This document shows positions 48,996 to 59,298 of a stretch of 64,000 nucleotides of DNA, one piece after another (the first letter of the stretch is position 1; the number at the start of each line of letters is the position of its first letter). Origin of the DNA: Pseudomonadota bacterium (lineage in GTDB: Bacteria > Pseudomonadota > Alphaproteobacteria > Sphingomonadales > Sphingomonadaceae); NCBI GenBank assembly GCA_023400405.1, contig JAEXFD010000052.1, forward strand, positions 13,832-77,831. The letters are read 5' to 3'. A program made the translations under genes and the position numbers. The notes below the pieces were generated by a model. That model was not told where the DNA came from, did not search any database, and saw only the letters and a program-made list of their open reading frames with translations.

Positions 48996-49241
48996 TCACC
49001 CGGTCGGGGTCGCCTTGGCAGCTTGCTCGCGCGCCATCTGTGGGGTCTGGCGCTGGCACGCCGCCGCGATCACCGGGAAATCGAGATCGGTGTTGCGCCG
49101 AAGCGCATCCGCCGTCGCTTCCTGGCAAGCGGCGTATGACGTGTACTGCGCGGGCTCGATCCGCGCCTGCTGGCACTGAACATTGTCGTCGCTGCAGCCC
49201 ATGATCGCGAGCACGTAGAGGACCTGTTGCATCGTCAGCAT
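48996..49241 (-). CDS. Small four-cysteine hypothetical protein, probably exported
   Basis: Hydrophobic N-terminus 'VLYVLAIMGC', four Cys, AAGGA RBS; start 49241 or 49232. Confidence 0.6.
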   Translation of the reverse strand: MLTMQQVLYVLAIMGCSDDNVQCQQARIEPAQYTSYAACQEATADALRRNTDLDFPVIAAACQRQTPQMAREQAAKATPTG

Positions 49242-49313
49242 CCTTTCATGGCTAGAACGGCCGAGGCGGCGAGGCGTTGCATCGCCACGCCGCGCCCCCC
49301 AGATTGACGGGCC

Positions 49314-51140
49314 ATGGCTTCCCGACCTTCCGCCCTCGCGCCCGAGCGCCCGCTCTGGGGCACGCTTCGCCGCTTCATGCCCTATCTGTGGCCAAAGGAC
49401 GCACCCGGCTTGCGCGCGCGCATCGTCATTGCGCTTGGGCTCGTCGTCTTCTCCAAGCTGGTCCAGGTCTATGGCGCGCCGTTCGCGCTCCAGGGTGCGA
49501 TCGACCGCATGGCTTCCGGCTCGCGCGATGCCGTCTGGCTCGTGACGGCGCTGGTCGCCGGCTATGCCGCCGCGCGCCTCGGCACCGTGCTGTTCGACAA
49601 TCTGCGCAACGCCGTGTTCGAAAAGGTCGGTCAGGACGCGACGCGCCGTCTCGCCGCCGACGTGTTCCGCCATCTCCACCAGCTCTCGCTGCGCTTCCAT
49701 CTCGAACGGCGCACCGGCGCGATCACCAAGGTGGTCGAGCGCGGCACCAAGAGCATCGATACGATGCTCTATTTCCTGCTGTTCAACATCGCGCCGACGA
49801 TCCTCGAGCTGGCGCTGGTGATGGGGATCTTCTGGACGCGCTATGGCGTGTGGCTGGTGGCCGGCACCGGGGCGATGGTGGTCGTCTATATCGCCTTCAC
49901 GCGCTGGGTGACCGATTGGCGTTCGAAGCTGCGCGAACAGATGAACGATCTGGACACCGGCGCGGTCGCGCACGCCGTGGATTCGCTGCTCAACTTCGAA
50001 ACGGTCAAATATTTCAACGCCGAGGCGCGCGAGGCCGCCCGCTATGAAAAGGCCGTCACCGCCTATGCCAAGGCGGCGACGACCAGCGAGAACTCGCTCG
50101 CCTGGCTCAATATCGGGCAGGCGGTGATCACCAATCTGATGCTCGGTGCCGGCATGGCGCTGGTCGTGTTCGGCTGGGCGCAGGGCCGCTTCACCGCGGG
50201 CGACGTGGTGCTGGTCTCGACGCTGCTCAGCCAGCTTTTCCGCCCGCTCGACATGCTCGGCTGGGTCTATCGCACGATCCGCCAGGGCGTGATCGACATG
50301 GGCAGCATGTTCGACCTGCTCGACAGCCGGGCCGAAGTGAAGGACGCGCCCGACGCCGCGCCGCTCGTCGTGCGCCAGGGCCATGTCCGGTTCGAGGGGG
50401 TGCATTTCGCCTATGATCCCGATCGCGAGATCCTGAAGGGCATCGACCTCGACATTCCGGCCGGCGCGACGGTGGCGGTGGTCGGCCCCTCGGGCGCCGG
50501 CAAATCGACGCTCGCCCGGTTGATGTACCGTTTCTACGACGTTACGGGCGGGCGGATCACCATCGACGGCCAGGATATTCGCGCCGTGACGCAGAGTTCG
50601 TTGCGCGGCAGCATCGGCATCGTTCCGCAGGACACGGTGCTGTTCAACGACACGATCGGCTACAACATCGCCTATGGCCGCGAAGGCGCGACGCAGGACG
50701 AGATCGCATCGGCGGCGCGTGGCGCGGCGATCGCCGGCTTCATCCAGGCGCTGCCCGACGGATTCGAGACGCGCGTGGGCGAGCGCGGCCTCAAGCTTTC
50801 GGGCGGCGAGAAACAGCGCGTCGCGATCGCGCGCACCCTGGTCAAGAACCCGCCGATCCTGATCCTCGACGAGGCGACGAGCGCGCTCGACAGCCGCACC
50901 GAAGCCGACATCCAGGCGACGCTGGAGGCGATCGAGCATGGCCGCACGACGATCGTCATCGCCCATCGCCTCTCCACCGTGGTCCATGCCGATCGCATCG
51001 TCGTGCTCGAAGCGGGCCGCGTCGCCGAACAGGGCACGCATGGCGAGCTCTTGCGGCAAAACGGGCTTTATGCCGAAATGTGGGCACGCCAGGCGCAGGA
51101 GCGCGCCGAAGAAGGCGACGCGGGAGTCGCGGCGGAATAG
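49314..51140 (+). CDS. atm1: Atm1/ABCB7-type ABC exporter (fused TMD-NBD)
   Basis: 'FHLERRTG', 'DSLLNFETVKYF', Walker A 'GPSGAGKS', 'LSGGEKQR', 'DEATSALD'. Confidence 0.88.
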   Translation: MASRPSALAPERPLWGTLRRFMPYLWPKDAPGLRARIVIALGLVVFSKLVQVYGAPFALQGAIDRMASGSRDAVWLVTALVAGYAAARLGTVLFDNLRNAVFEKVGQDATRRLAADVFRHLHQLSLRFHLERRTGAITKVVERGTKSIDTMLYFLLFNIAPTILELALVMGIFWTRYGVWLVAGTGAMVVVYIAFTRWVTDWRSKLREQMNDLDTGAVAHAVDSLLNFETVKYFNAEAREAARYEKAVTAYAKAATTSENSLAWLNIGQAVITNLMLGAGMALVVFGWAQGRFTAGDVVLVSTLLSQLFRPLDMLGWVYRTIRQGVIDMGSMFDLLDSRAEVKDAPDAAPLVVRQGHVRFEGVHFAYDPDREILKGIDLDIPAGATVAVVGPSGAGKSTLARLMYRFYDVTGGRITIDGQDIRAVTQSSLRGSIGIVPQDTVLFNDTIGYNIAYGREGATQDEIASAARGAAIAGFIQALPDGFETRVGERGLKLSGGEKQRVAIARTLVKNPPILILDEATSALDSRTEADIQATLEAIEHGRTTIVIAHRLSTVVHADRIVVLEAGRVAEQGTHGELLRQNGLYAEMWARQAQERAEEGDAGVAAE

Positions 51141-51162
51141 CCTCCGCCGAAGGGGAGGACGC

Positions 51163-52098
51163 ATGTTGCTGCTCGGAGGGATCATCGTCGTCGCGGTGCT
51201 GGCGGCGCTGGCCGCGCTCGCGCTCTGGTCGCGCTGGATGACGCGCGCGGTCGAGCGGCTGGTGCCGATGGACGGTCGCCGCGTCTCCGCCGCCGGTATC
51301 GACTTCCACGTCATCGAGCGCGGCCCTGCCGACGCCCCGGCGATCGTCATGGTTCACGGCCTGCTCGGCCAGGCGCGCAACTTCACCTACGCGCTCGCCG
51401 ATCGCATGGCCGTCGATCACCGGGTGATCGTGATCGATCGGCCCGGCTGGGGCCATTCGCGGCTCGCCGGGCCGCGCCTGGGCATAGCCGAACAGGCCGA
51501 CGCGATCGCGGCGCTGATCGACGCGCTCGGGCTCGAAAAGCCGCTGCTGGTCGGCCATTCGATGGGCGGCGCGGTGAGCCTCGCCCTCGCGCTCATCCAT
51601 GGCGACAAGGTCCGCGGCCTGGCGCTGATTGCGCCCTACACCCAGCCGGTCGATCGCCCGCCCGCGCCGTTCAAGGGCCTGCTCGTCCCGCACGGCCTGC
51701 GCCACCTGATCGGCTGGACACTGGCGGTGCCGATCGCGCTGCGTGCCGGCCGCGCCAAGACGGTCCAGGTGTTTGCGCCCGATGCGGTGCCCGACGATTT
51801 CCCGCTCCGCGGCGGCGGCGCGCTCGGCATCCGGCCGGGCAGCTTCGTCTCGGGTTGTTATGAGATCGCGACCGCGCGCGACGCGATGCTCGCCCAGGCG
51901 CCGCGCTATGGCGCCATCCGCTTGCCGGTCGGAATCCTCTATGGCCGTGGCGACGCGCTCCTCGAGCCCGCGCTGCATGGTGAGAAGACCGCCGCGGCGA
52001 TCCCCGGGGCGACGGTCACTCTGGTCGATGGTGGCCACATGCTGCCGATTACCCATGCCGATGCCACCGAAGCGTGGCTGCGGACGCTCACCCCCTAG
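51163..52098 (+). CDS. Membrane-anchored alpha/beta hydrolase
   Basis: N-terminal TM, 'VHG', 'DRPGWG', 'GHSMGG', 'GHML'. Confidence 0.88.
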   Translation: MLLLGGIIVVAVLAALAALALWSRWMTRAVERLVPMDGRRVSAAGIDFHVIERGPADAPAIVMVHGLLGQARNFTYALADRMAVDHRVIVIDRPGWGHSRLAGPRLGIAEQADAIAALIDALGLEKPLLVGHSMGGAVSLALALIHGDKVRGLALIAPYTQPVDRPPAPFKGLLVPHGLRHLIGWTLAVPIALRAGRAKTVQVFAPDAVPDDFPLRGGGALGIRPGSFVSGCYEIATARDAMLAQAPRYGAIRLPVGILYGRGDALLEPALHGEKTAAAIPGATVTLVDGGHMLPITHADATEAWLRTLTP

Positions 52099-52172
52099 TT
52101 CAACCGAACGGCCGACGCTGCGCGGGCTCGCTGCCGACAGGCTCGCGCTCGCGCAAACATCATCGTCGCGTT

Positions 52173-52188
52173 ATTCACTCGCGCGATA
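52173..52188. promoter_or_regulatory. Candidate TetR operator, site 1
   Basis: ATTCAC-tcgc-GCGATA; near-identical to the reverse complement of 59230-59245. Confidence 0.55.
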
Positions 52189-52279
52189 ATTAGTGTTGCC
52201 AGCAACGGTCCTTTGCGGCATCTTCCCGGCGTCGCGCCGAAGAGCGCGTGCTGGAGATCGGATGTTGGGAGGGTCTTTC

Positions 52280-54541
52280 ATGAACCATCGTCGCTTGCTG
52301 CTTGGCGCCTCGGCGCTGGCCCTGGTCTGGTGCGGCGCTGCCGCGGCGCAGACCACATCCCCGCCCGCCGCGCAGGATCAGAGCGCGGAGAATGATCGCG
52401 ACCGGAACGACGAGAACGAGATCGTCGTCACCGCGCAGCGTCGTGCGGAAAATCTGATGACCACCTCGGTCTCGGCCTCGGTGCTCACCGGCACCGATCT
52501 CGATCACAAGGGCGTCGCCAATGTCGATGCGCTGCAATTCGCGATGCCGAGCGTGGTCGTGAACAATTTCGGCCAGGGCAATGATTTCAACGTCCGCGGC
52601 ATCGGCAAGGCCGAGCACAATACGCAGACGACAACGGGCGTGATCACTTATCGCGACGGCGTGCCGAGCTTCCCGGGCTATTTCCAGATGGAGCCCTATT
52701 ACGACGTCGCCAACATCCAGGTGCTGCGCGGCCCCCAGGGCACGATCGTCGGCCAGAACGCGACCGGTGGCGCGGTGTTCGTCAACACCAACGATCCGAT
52801 CATCGGCGGCGGCAATCACGGCTATGTGAATTTCAACTACGGCAATTACAACGATGCCGGGATGCAGGGCGCGGTCAATCTGCCGATCAGCGACACCTTC
52901 GCCGCCCGGATCGCGCTGTTCGGCTCACGCCGCGACAGTTTCTACAAGGTCACCGGTCCGAACGGCACGCCCTATCCCTATGATGCCGGCAAGCAGGGGC
53001 TGATGGCGGGACGGATCAGCTTCTTGTGGAAGCCGAGCGATCGCCTGACCATCCTTTCCAAGTCGGACTTCGACTATCTCGACATGGGCGCCTATCCGGC
53101 CCAGCCCTTCGGCAATTTCTACAAGACGATTCCGGGCACCAGCACGCCGAATCCCAATTATCGCGACCTGTTCGATATCAAGCTCAACGCCCCCCAGGCG
53201 GCCCGCGACCAGTTCCTCCGCTCGATCCTCAAGATCGATTACGAAGGCGCCAGCGGGATCAAGTTCCGCTCCGTCACCGGCTTCCAGAACGGCAACACGA
53301 TGTACCGCGCCGATCTGGACGGCACGGCGTCGGACACGGCCGGCGCTACTAACTCGACCTTCTACGACAGCGTCACCGAGACGCAGTTCAGCCAGGAATT
53401 CAACATCATCTCGCCGGACAACCAGCGCTTCACCTGGCTGGCCGGGGCATTCGGGCTGTGGAACAGCTATTTCTTCCTGAGCCCGTACAGCAACTTCACG
53501 ATCGATGTCTGCCACCCGCTCAACCTGGCGGCATGCAAATACCAGCTCAAGGGCCGCAATCCCGAGCGTTCGCTGGCGGCGTTCGGCCAGGTTGGCTTCC
53601 AGATCACGCCCAGCCTGAAGCTCGAACTCGGCGGCCGCTACACCTGGAGCCGCTCGATCAACCGCGTCGATGTGCTGCAATATGGCACCTATATCCGCGA
53701 CGATCAGCAGACCAAGTCGGAGAATTTCTCCTACAAGGCGTCGCTCGGCTGGAAGGTGAGCCCGAGCCAGTATCTGTACGGCTTCGTCGCCACCGGCTTC
53801 CGCCCCGGCGGCCTCAACGTGCCGGTCGGCCTAGGCCTGCCCGCGCCGTTCAAGCCGGAAGAGATCACGTCGTTCGAAGCCGGCTGGAAGGGCAATTTCG
53901 CCGGCGGCCACATTCGCACCACGCTGAGCGGCTTCTACAACGACTATAAGAACTTCCAGGTCATCATCGGCTATCCGACTTTCCCGACCTTCGGGATCGA
54001 ATTGAACGTGCCTGACAAGACCCAGATCTACGGGTTCGAGGCCGAGGCGGAATTCCGCAGCGGCGGCTTCTCGCTCGATGCCGGCATCAACGTGCTCCAC
54101 AGCGAGCTCGGCACCTTCTACGCCAGCGATCCGCGCGTCGCGAGCACCGGCGCCTGCGATCCGCGCACGGGCAGCCCGACCAACGCCGCGAACTGCATCA
54201 ATCTCGCCGGCCGTCGCCAGACCTATGCGCCGGACCTCACCTTCAATGTCGGCGCCGCCTATGACATCGAACTCGGCAATGGCGACAAGATCACGCCGCG
54301 CGTCAATCTCGGGCATATCGGCAATCAATGGGCGACTTTGTTCGAGGCGCCGACGCGCGGCGATCTGCTCGAGGCGCGCAACATCCTCAACGCGCAGCTC
54401 GCCTTCCAGCACAAGAGCTGGACGATGACGGCCTATGGCACCAACCTAACCGACCAGCATTATCCGGCCGCCCTCAACTCCGGCCTCTATTTCGCCGGCG
54501 CGCCGCGGCAATATGGCATCAAGCTGCTCAAGATCTTCTGA
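52280..54541 (+). CDS. TonB-dependent receptor
   Basis: Signal peptide, 'EIVVTAQRR', 'QVLRGPQGT', C-terminal 'PRQYGIKLLKIF'. Confidence 0.94.
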   Translation: MNHRRLLLGASALALVWCGAAAAQTTSPPAAQDQSAENDRDRNDENEIVVTAQRRAENLMTTSVSASVLTGTDLDHKGVANVDALQFAMPSVVVNNFGQGNDFNVRGIGKAEHNTQTTTGVITYRDGVPSFPGYFQMEPYYDVANIQVLRGPQGTIVGQNATGGAVFVNTNDPIIGGGNHGYVNFNYGNYNDAGMQGAVNLPISDTFAARIALFGSRRDSFYKVTGPNGTPYPYDAGKQGLMAGRISFLWKPSDRLTILSKSDFDYLDMGAYPAQPFGNFYKTIPGTSTPNPNYRDLFDIKLNAPQAARDQFLRSILKIDYEGASGIKFRSVTGFQNGNTMYRADLDGTASDTAGATNSTFYDSVTETQFSQEFNIISPDNQRFTWLAGAFGLWNSYFFLSPYSNFTIDVCHPLNLAACKYQLKGRNPERSLAAFGQVGFQITPSLKLELGGRYTWSRSINRVDVLQYGTYIRDDQQTKSENFSYKASLGWKVSPSQYLYGFVATGFRPGGLNVPVGLGLPAPFKPEEITSFEAGWKGNFAGGHIRTTLSGFYNDYKNFQVIIGYPTFPTFGIELNVPDKTQIYGFEAEAEFRSGGFSLDAGINVLHSELGTFYASDPRVASTGACDPRTGSPTNAANCINLAGRRQTYAPDLTFNVGAAYDIELGNGDKITPRVNLGHIGNQWATLFEAPTRGDLLEARNILNAQLAFQHKSWTMTAYGTNLTDQHYPAALNSGLYFAGAPRQYGIKLLKIF

Positions 54542-54553
54542 CCCGCTCTCTCC

Positions 54554-54596
54554 GGCCGCCGGTGCTCCCTCGCCGGCGGCCGCCTTTGTTCCTTTT
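54554..54596 (+). terminator. Intrinsic terminator-like hairpin after the TonB receptor
   Basis: ggccgccgg/ccggcggcc stem followed by T-rich ctttgttcctttt. Confidence 0.6.
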
Positions 54597-54611
54597 GCCG
54601 TGCAAGGTTTC

Positions 54612-56207
54612 ATGCAGCCCTTTGGTCTGACGATAGACAAGTTCCTCGACCATGCCGCCAAATGGTTCGGTGATCGCGAGGTGGTCGAGGGCGATGCCGG
54701 GCGGATCGTCCGGCGGACCGACTATGCGACGCTGCGCGAGCGCAGCAATCGTATGTCCGGCGCGCTCGCGGCGCTCGGGCTGGAGTTCGGCGATCGGGTG
54801 GGCACGCTCGCCTGGAACAGCATCCACCATCTCGAACTCTATTATGCCGCGATGGGCATGGGGCTGGTCTGCCACACGCTCAATCCGCGGCTGACCGCGG
54901 CGCATCTGGCGACGATGATCAACGAGGCGCAGAATCGCGCGCTCGCCGTCTCGGCGGACCTTCTCCCGCTCGCGCGCGAATTGCTGCCGCATTGCCCGAC
55001 GATAGAGCAGATGATCGTGCTCGATCAGCCGTTCGACGACGCACAGCCGCTCGGCGCATCGACGGTCCGCGCCTGGGACTATGAAACGCTGCTCGCCACC
55101 CACGGCGCGCCGCACGCCTGGGGCGATTTCGACGAGAACACGCCGGCCGGCCTTTGCTACACTTCGGGGACGACCGGCCGGCCCAAGGGCGTCGTCTACA
55201 CCCACCGCTCCAACTATCTCCACACGCTGCGCGCGCTCCAGGCCGATTCGATGGCGCTCACCGATCGTGAGGCGGTGCTGGTGGCGGTGCCGATGTTCCA
55301 TGCCAATGGCTGGGGCCTGCCCTTCGCCGCCCCAGCCGCGGGCGCCAAGCTGGTCCTGCCCGGCCGTGGCCTCGACGGCGCCAGCCTCGCTGGGCTGATC
55401 CGCGACGAGGGCGTGACGCTCGGCGTGGGCGTCCAGACGGTCTGGCTCGGCCTCGCCGACCAGCTCGATGCTGCCGGTGGTGCGCTGCCGACGCTCGAAC
55501 GCGTGTTGATCGGCGGATCGAGCTGCCCCGACGCACTGCTGCGCCGGCTCGAGGATCGGCTCGGCTGCAAGGTGCAGACGAGCTGGGGCATGACCGAGCT
55601 TTCGCCGACCGGCACCGTCGCGCCGCTTCACGGCCTCGATGATGGCCGCGCCTCGGGGCGCCCGCCGATCGGGCTCGACCTCAAGCTCACCGATGCGGAG
55701 GGCAATACATTGCCCGTCCAGCGCGACATTCTCGGCCATCTCAAGGTGAGGGGCCAGAGCGTCATCGATCGCTATTTTGGCGCGGCGGAAAGCGCGCTCG
55801 ATGCCGAAGGTTATTTCGATACCGGCGATCTGGCGATGATCGACGCCAGGGGCAATCTCACCATCTGCGGGCGCGCCAAGGACCTGATCAAGTCCGGCGG
55901 TGAATGGATCAACCCGACCGAGATCGAGGCGATCGTCGGCGCGCACCCCGCGGTGCGGCACGTTGCGGTGATCGGCCGGCCCGACGTCAAATGGGGGGAG
56001 CGGCCAGTGCTGATCGTCGAGACCGACGGCGAGGATCCCCGGGCGCTGCTCGGGCTGCTGCACGGCAAGGTCGCCGATTGGTGGATCCCGGCCGAAGTCG
56101 CGGAGATCGACGCGATGCCGCTCGCCGCCTCGGGCAAGATCGACAAGCAGCGCCTGCGTGCCGACTATGCCGAGGGGCGAATCGAAGGGGTGCGAGTGGG
56201 GCGGTGA
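54612..56207 (+). CDS. Acyl-CoA synthetase (AMP-binding enzyme)
   Basis: 'YTSGTTGRPKG', 'VPMFHANGW', 'WGMTE', 'TGD', 'KSGGEWI', 'GKIDK'. Confidence 0.92.
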   Translation: MQPFGLTIDKFLDHAAKWFGDREVVEGDAGRIVRRTDYATLRERSNRMSGALAALGLEFGDRVGTLAWNSIHHLELYYAAMGMGLVCHTLNPRLTAAHLATMINEAQNRALAVSADLLPLARELLPHCPTIEQMIVLDQPFDDAQPLGASTVRAWDYETLLATHGAPHAWGDFDENTPAGLCYTSGTTGRPKGVVYTHRSNYLHTLRALQADSMALTDREAVLVAVPMFHANGWGLPFAAPAAGAKLVLPGRGLDGASLAGLIRDEGVTLGVGVQTVWLGLADQLDAAGGALPTLERVLIGGSSCPDALLRRLEDRLGCKVQTSWGMTELSPTGTVAPLHGLDDGRASGRPPIGLDLKLTDAEGNTLPVQRDILGHLKVRGQSVIDRYFGAAESALDAEGYFDTGDLAMIDARGNLTICGRAKDLIKSGGEWINPTEIEAIVGAHPAVRHVAVIGRPDVKWGERPVLIVETDGEDPRALLGLLHGKVADWWIPAEVAEIDAMPLAASGKIDKQRLRADYAEGRIEGVRVGR

Positions 56208-56218
56208 AGGCCAGAAGG

Positions 56219-56238
56219 CCCTCCCCTTCAGGGGAGGG
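56219..56238. repeat. Short ccctcccct/aggggaggg palindrome between convergent genes
   Basis: Perfect stem resembling the terminal hairpins of the 18444-18585 element. Confidence 0.5.
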
Positions 56239-56248
56239 GCTTACACCC

Positions 56249-57877
56249 TCAATCGCACCCCGCCACCTTCGGCGGCAGCGGCGGCGAATTCAGCCCGACA
56301 TTCCAGTTCCAGCCGATATTGCCCTTGGCTCGGCGCCGGCAGACGATCGCCTCGTACTGGTCGTACATGCCCGGCATCAGCCCGGTCTCCGGTACCGCCT
56401 TGTCGGTGAAATGCAGGAACGAACGCGCGCTGCCGAAGGCCGGCCAATCGGGCGCGCCGGCCGCCACCGGCTTGCCCGTCGCCGCGAAGCTCGTCCAATA
56501 GCCGATCATCGCATCGGATAAGCCGCGGTCGCTCTCGGGCATCGCCGGCCAGTGCGGCGGCAGGTCGGAGAAGGTGCCGAACACATAGGGCAATTCGCTG
56601 GCGTGGAAGGCGTGGAGCCCCGCCTGGTCCATCGCCGGATAGCCATGATCCCACAGGTACAGATAGGCCGGCTGCCCGATCGCGGTCTGCTTGCGGGCCA
56701 TCCGCTCCGAGGTCCAGCCATAGAGCGCGTCGCGCGTCGTCGCGAGGATGCTCTCCGGATAATCGGCTGCCGGATAGAGCTTCAGGAACGCGTCGGCGAA
56801 TTCGCCATAGCGCGCGCGAATGCCCTTCTCATAGGCTTCGGCGCTGTCCGGCGCCTTGGGCGCGAGCGAGCGCAGCGAACGGATCTCGCCCTGGTTGAAC
56901 CCGGCGAGCACCGGCACCGGCGCCTGGTGGCGACGATCGAACGCCTCGGTCATCTGCTCGGGCAGCACCAGCCCGTCGACATTGCCGAACGGGAAGAAGC
57001 CGACGGCGGCGGCCTTGTTGGTGATTTCCTGCGCGTCCATGCCGCGCAGGTCCGAAAGCGTCGTGACCTGGAGCGCCGTGCCGAGCATCTGGCCCTGCGC
57101 CTCGGCCGAGGGCCAGCCATGGACGCCCTTCTTCAGCTCGGTCATCGAGACCATATAGGCGCTCTCGGCGATCGCCTTGTGGAACGTGCCGCGCGCGAGC
57201 GGCGATTCGAGCAGATAGAGCACGCTGAGCCCGCCGGCGGACTCGCCCGCGATCGTCACGTTCCCGGCATCGCCGCCGAACGCCGCGATATTGTGCTTCA
57301 CCCAGGCGAGCGCCGCCATCTGGTCGAGCAGCCCGTAATTGCCCGAGACCTTCTGGGGCGATTCGGTCGAGAGAGAAGGATGGGCGAGCCAGCCGAGCAC
57401 CCCTAGCCGATAATTGATCGAGACGACGATCACGCCCTTCTCGGCCATGCGCTGCCCGTCATACATCGGCTCGCGGCTCGATCCTGAGACGAGCGCGCCG
57501 CCATGGATCCAGAAGAACACGGGCGCCTTTTTGGCATTGGTCGGCGCCCAGATGTTGAGCGTCAGGCAATCCTCGCTCGAAGGCAGCGGCGCGGCGGGCG
57601 AATAGACCGACACGGCCTTGCTCTGCGGCTGCACACAGGCCGGGCCGAACGCCGTTGCCTGGCGCACGCCCTTCCACGGCTGCATCGGCGCGGGCGGCCG
57701 CCAGCGCATCGCGCCGACCGGGGGCACGGCATAGGGAATGCCCTTGAACGTGCGGATCGTTCCGGTCTGCGTGCCCTGGACCGATCCGGACGGGGCCTGG
57801 ACGATCGGGCCTTGCGCGAGTGCAGGCGCGGCGAGGACGAGCGCCAGCGCGGTGGCGAGGGGACGAAGCAGCATCAT
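56249..57877 (-). CDS. Secreted type-B carboxylesterase
   Basis: Signal peptide, 'FKGIPYA', 'SEDCL', 'HGG', 'NYRLG', 'GESAG', 'FHASEL'. Confidence 0.93.
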   Translation of the reverse strand: MMLLRPLATALALVLAAPALAQGPIVQAPSGSVQGTQTGTIRTFKGIPYAVPPVGAMRWRPPAPMQPWKGVRQATAFGPACVQPQSKAVSVYSPAAPLPSSEDCLTLNIWAPTNAKKAPVFFWIHGGALVSGSSREPMYDGQRMAEKGVIVVSINYRLGVLGWLAHPSLSTESPQKVSGNYGLLDQMAALAWVKHNIAAFGGDAGNVTIAGESAGGLSVLYLLESPLARGTFHKAIAESAYMVSMTELKKGVHGWPSAEAQGQMLGTALQVTTLSDLRGMDAQEITNKAAAVGFFPFGNVDGLVLPEQMTEAFDRRHQAPVPVLAGFNQGEIRSLRSLAPKAPDSAEAYEKGIRARYGEFADAFLKLYPAADYPESILATTRDALYGWTSERMARKQTAIGQPAYLYLWDHGYPAMDQAGLHAFHASELPYVFGTFSDLPPHWPAMPESDRGLSDAMIGYWTSFAATGKPVAAGAPDWPAFGSARSFLHFTDKAVPETGLMPGMYDQYEAIVCRRRAKGNIGWNWNVGLNSPPLPPKVAGCD

Positions 57878-59154
57878 GCGGTCACCTTTGCGGATGCTTC
57901 GCGGCGCAGGATGCGCGCGAGGATGAGGAACAGTGCGATCGCGATCAGATAGAAAGGCGACAGCGTGTAGAGCGCGAGCTGGAGCCCGTGCTCCGAACCT
58001 TGCGCTTTGAACCAGTCGCTAGCGGCGCCGACATAGGTGGGCCCAAGGCCCAGGCCGATGAAGTTCATCACGAGCAGCAGCAGCGCGCCGGAGAGCACGC
58101 GCTGATCGGGGCGGACTTCCTCCTGCACCAGCGCGACGGAGGCCGAGAGGTAGAAATAGTTGAAGACGTTGACGACGGTCAGCAGCAGCAGCGCGAGGGG
58201 CCAGGCCGGTGCCCAGACGAACGCCAGATAGAAGGGCATCGCCACGGCGAGCGAGATGGCGGGGCCCAGCGCATAGACGGTGCGGCTCCGGCGGCCGAGG
58301 CGATCGATCACCCGGCCGGAGACCAGCATCGCCGCGCTCATGCCGAGGCCGACGACCAGCGCGTACCAGATTGCGATCTGCGGCAGGGTCATGCCTTTTT
58401 CGCGGATCAGGAACAGCACCGAGAAATTGCCGAGGCCATAGGTCACGAACTGGGTCGCGCCGCTGCCGAGCGCGGCGAGCATCAGCACCGGATGGGTGAA
58501 GAACATGACGACCGTGCCCCAGAAGGGCGCCTTGGCGGCGGCGGGCCGGGCAGGCGCGTCGAGGTCGGTCGCGCCGCGCCTCGGCTCGCGCACGATCAGC
58601 GGCACGAATATCGCCGTGACCACGCCTACTGCGCCGATCCCGATGAACGCCATGCGCCAGTCGAGCAGCGCCGCGATCGAGGCGCCGAACGCGATCCCCA
58701 GCGCCGCGCCGATCGGCGGCCCGAGATTATAGATGCCGAACGCGGTGCCGCGCTCGCCGGGGCGGAACGTGTCGGTGATGATCGCATAGCTGGGCGGCAC
58801 GCCGCCGGCCTCGCCGAAGCCGACGGTCATGCGGGCGATGACGAGCTGGGTGTAGCTGGCCGCGAGGCCGCAGGCGATCGTGGCACCGCTCCAGATCGCG
58901 CAGGCGAGCGACAGGATCGTCAGCCGGCTGGTGCGATCGGCAAGCCAGCCGATCGGGATCGCGATGAAGCAATAGAACATCGCGAAATAGAGCCCGCCGA
59001 TCAGCCCGAGCTGGCCGTCGGTGACGTGAAGCGAATCCTGGATCGGCTTGGCGAGGATGCCGAGCAGCTGGCGATCGAGGAAATTGAGGACATAGACGAA
59101 GGTGAGCGTGACGAGCACGATCCAGCGGCGGCGGCCGGCGACCTCAGGTTCCAC
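57874..59154 (-). CDS. MFS transporter (Spinster-like)
   Basis: 'NFLDRQ', 'GWLADRTSR', 'VGFGEAG', multiple TM helices; GTG start with GAGG RBS. Confidence 0.9.
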   Translation of the reverse strand: MEPEVAGRRRWIVLVTLTFVYVLNFLDRQLLGILAKPIQDSLHVTDGQLGLIGGLYFAMFYCFIAIPIGWLADRTSRLTILSLACAIWSGATIACGLAASYTQLVIARMTVGFGEAGGVPPSYAIITDTFRPGERGTAFGIYNLGPPIGAALGIAFGASIAALLDWRMAFIGIGAVGVVTAIFVPLIVREPRRGATDLDAPARPAAAKAPFWGTVVMFFTHPVLMLAALGSGATQFVTYGLGNFSVLFLIREKGMTLPQIAIWYALVVGLGMSAAMLVSGRVIDRLGRRSRTVYALGPAISLAVAMPFYLAFVWAPAWPLALLLLTVVNVFNYFYLSASVALVQEEVRPDQRVLSGALLLLVMNFIGLGLGPTYVGAASDWFKAQGSEHGLQLALYTLSPFYLIAIALFLILARILRREASAKVTA

Positions 59155-59229
59155 GCATTCCTCTCCCGCGGCGCTATCGTGCGCCGTTGCCGCCATCATG
59201 CCGACGCCCGCGCCGCTGTCAACCAATCC

Positions 59230-59245
59230 TATCACGCGTGTGAAT
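59230..59245. promoter_or_regulatory. Candidate TetR operator, site 2 (between divergent MFS and TetR genes)
   Basis: Imperfect palindrome TATCAC-gcgt-GTGAAT. Confidence 0.6.
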
Positions 59246-59298
59246 GAAATCCGCGGCCCGGTCTTGACGCTCGCCGTCCGAGGCGGGAATGACGGGGT

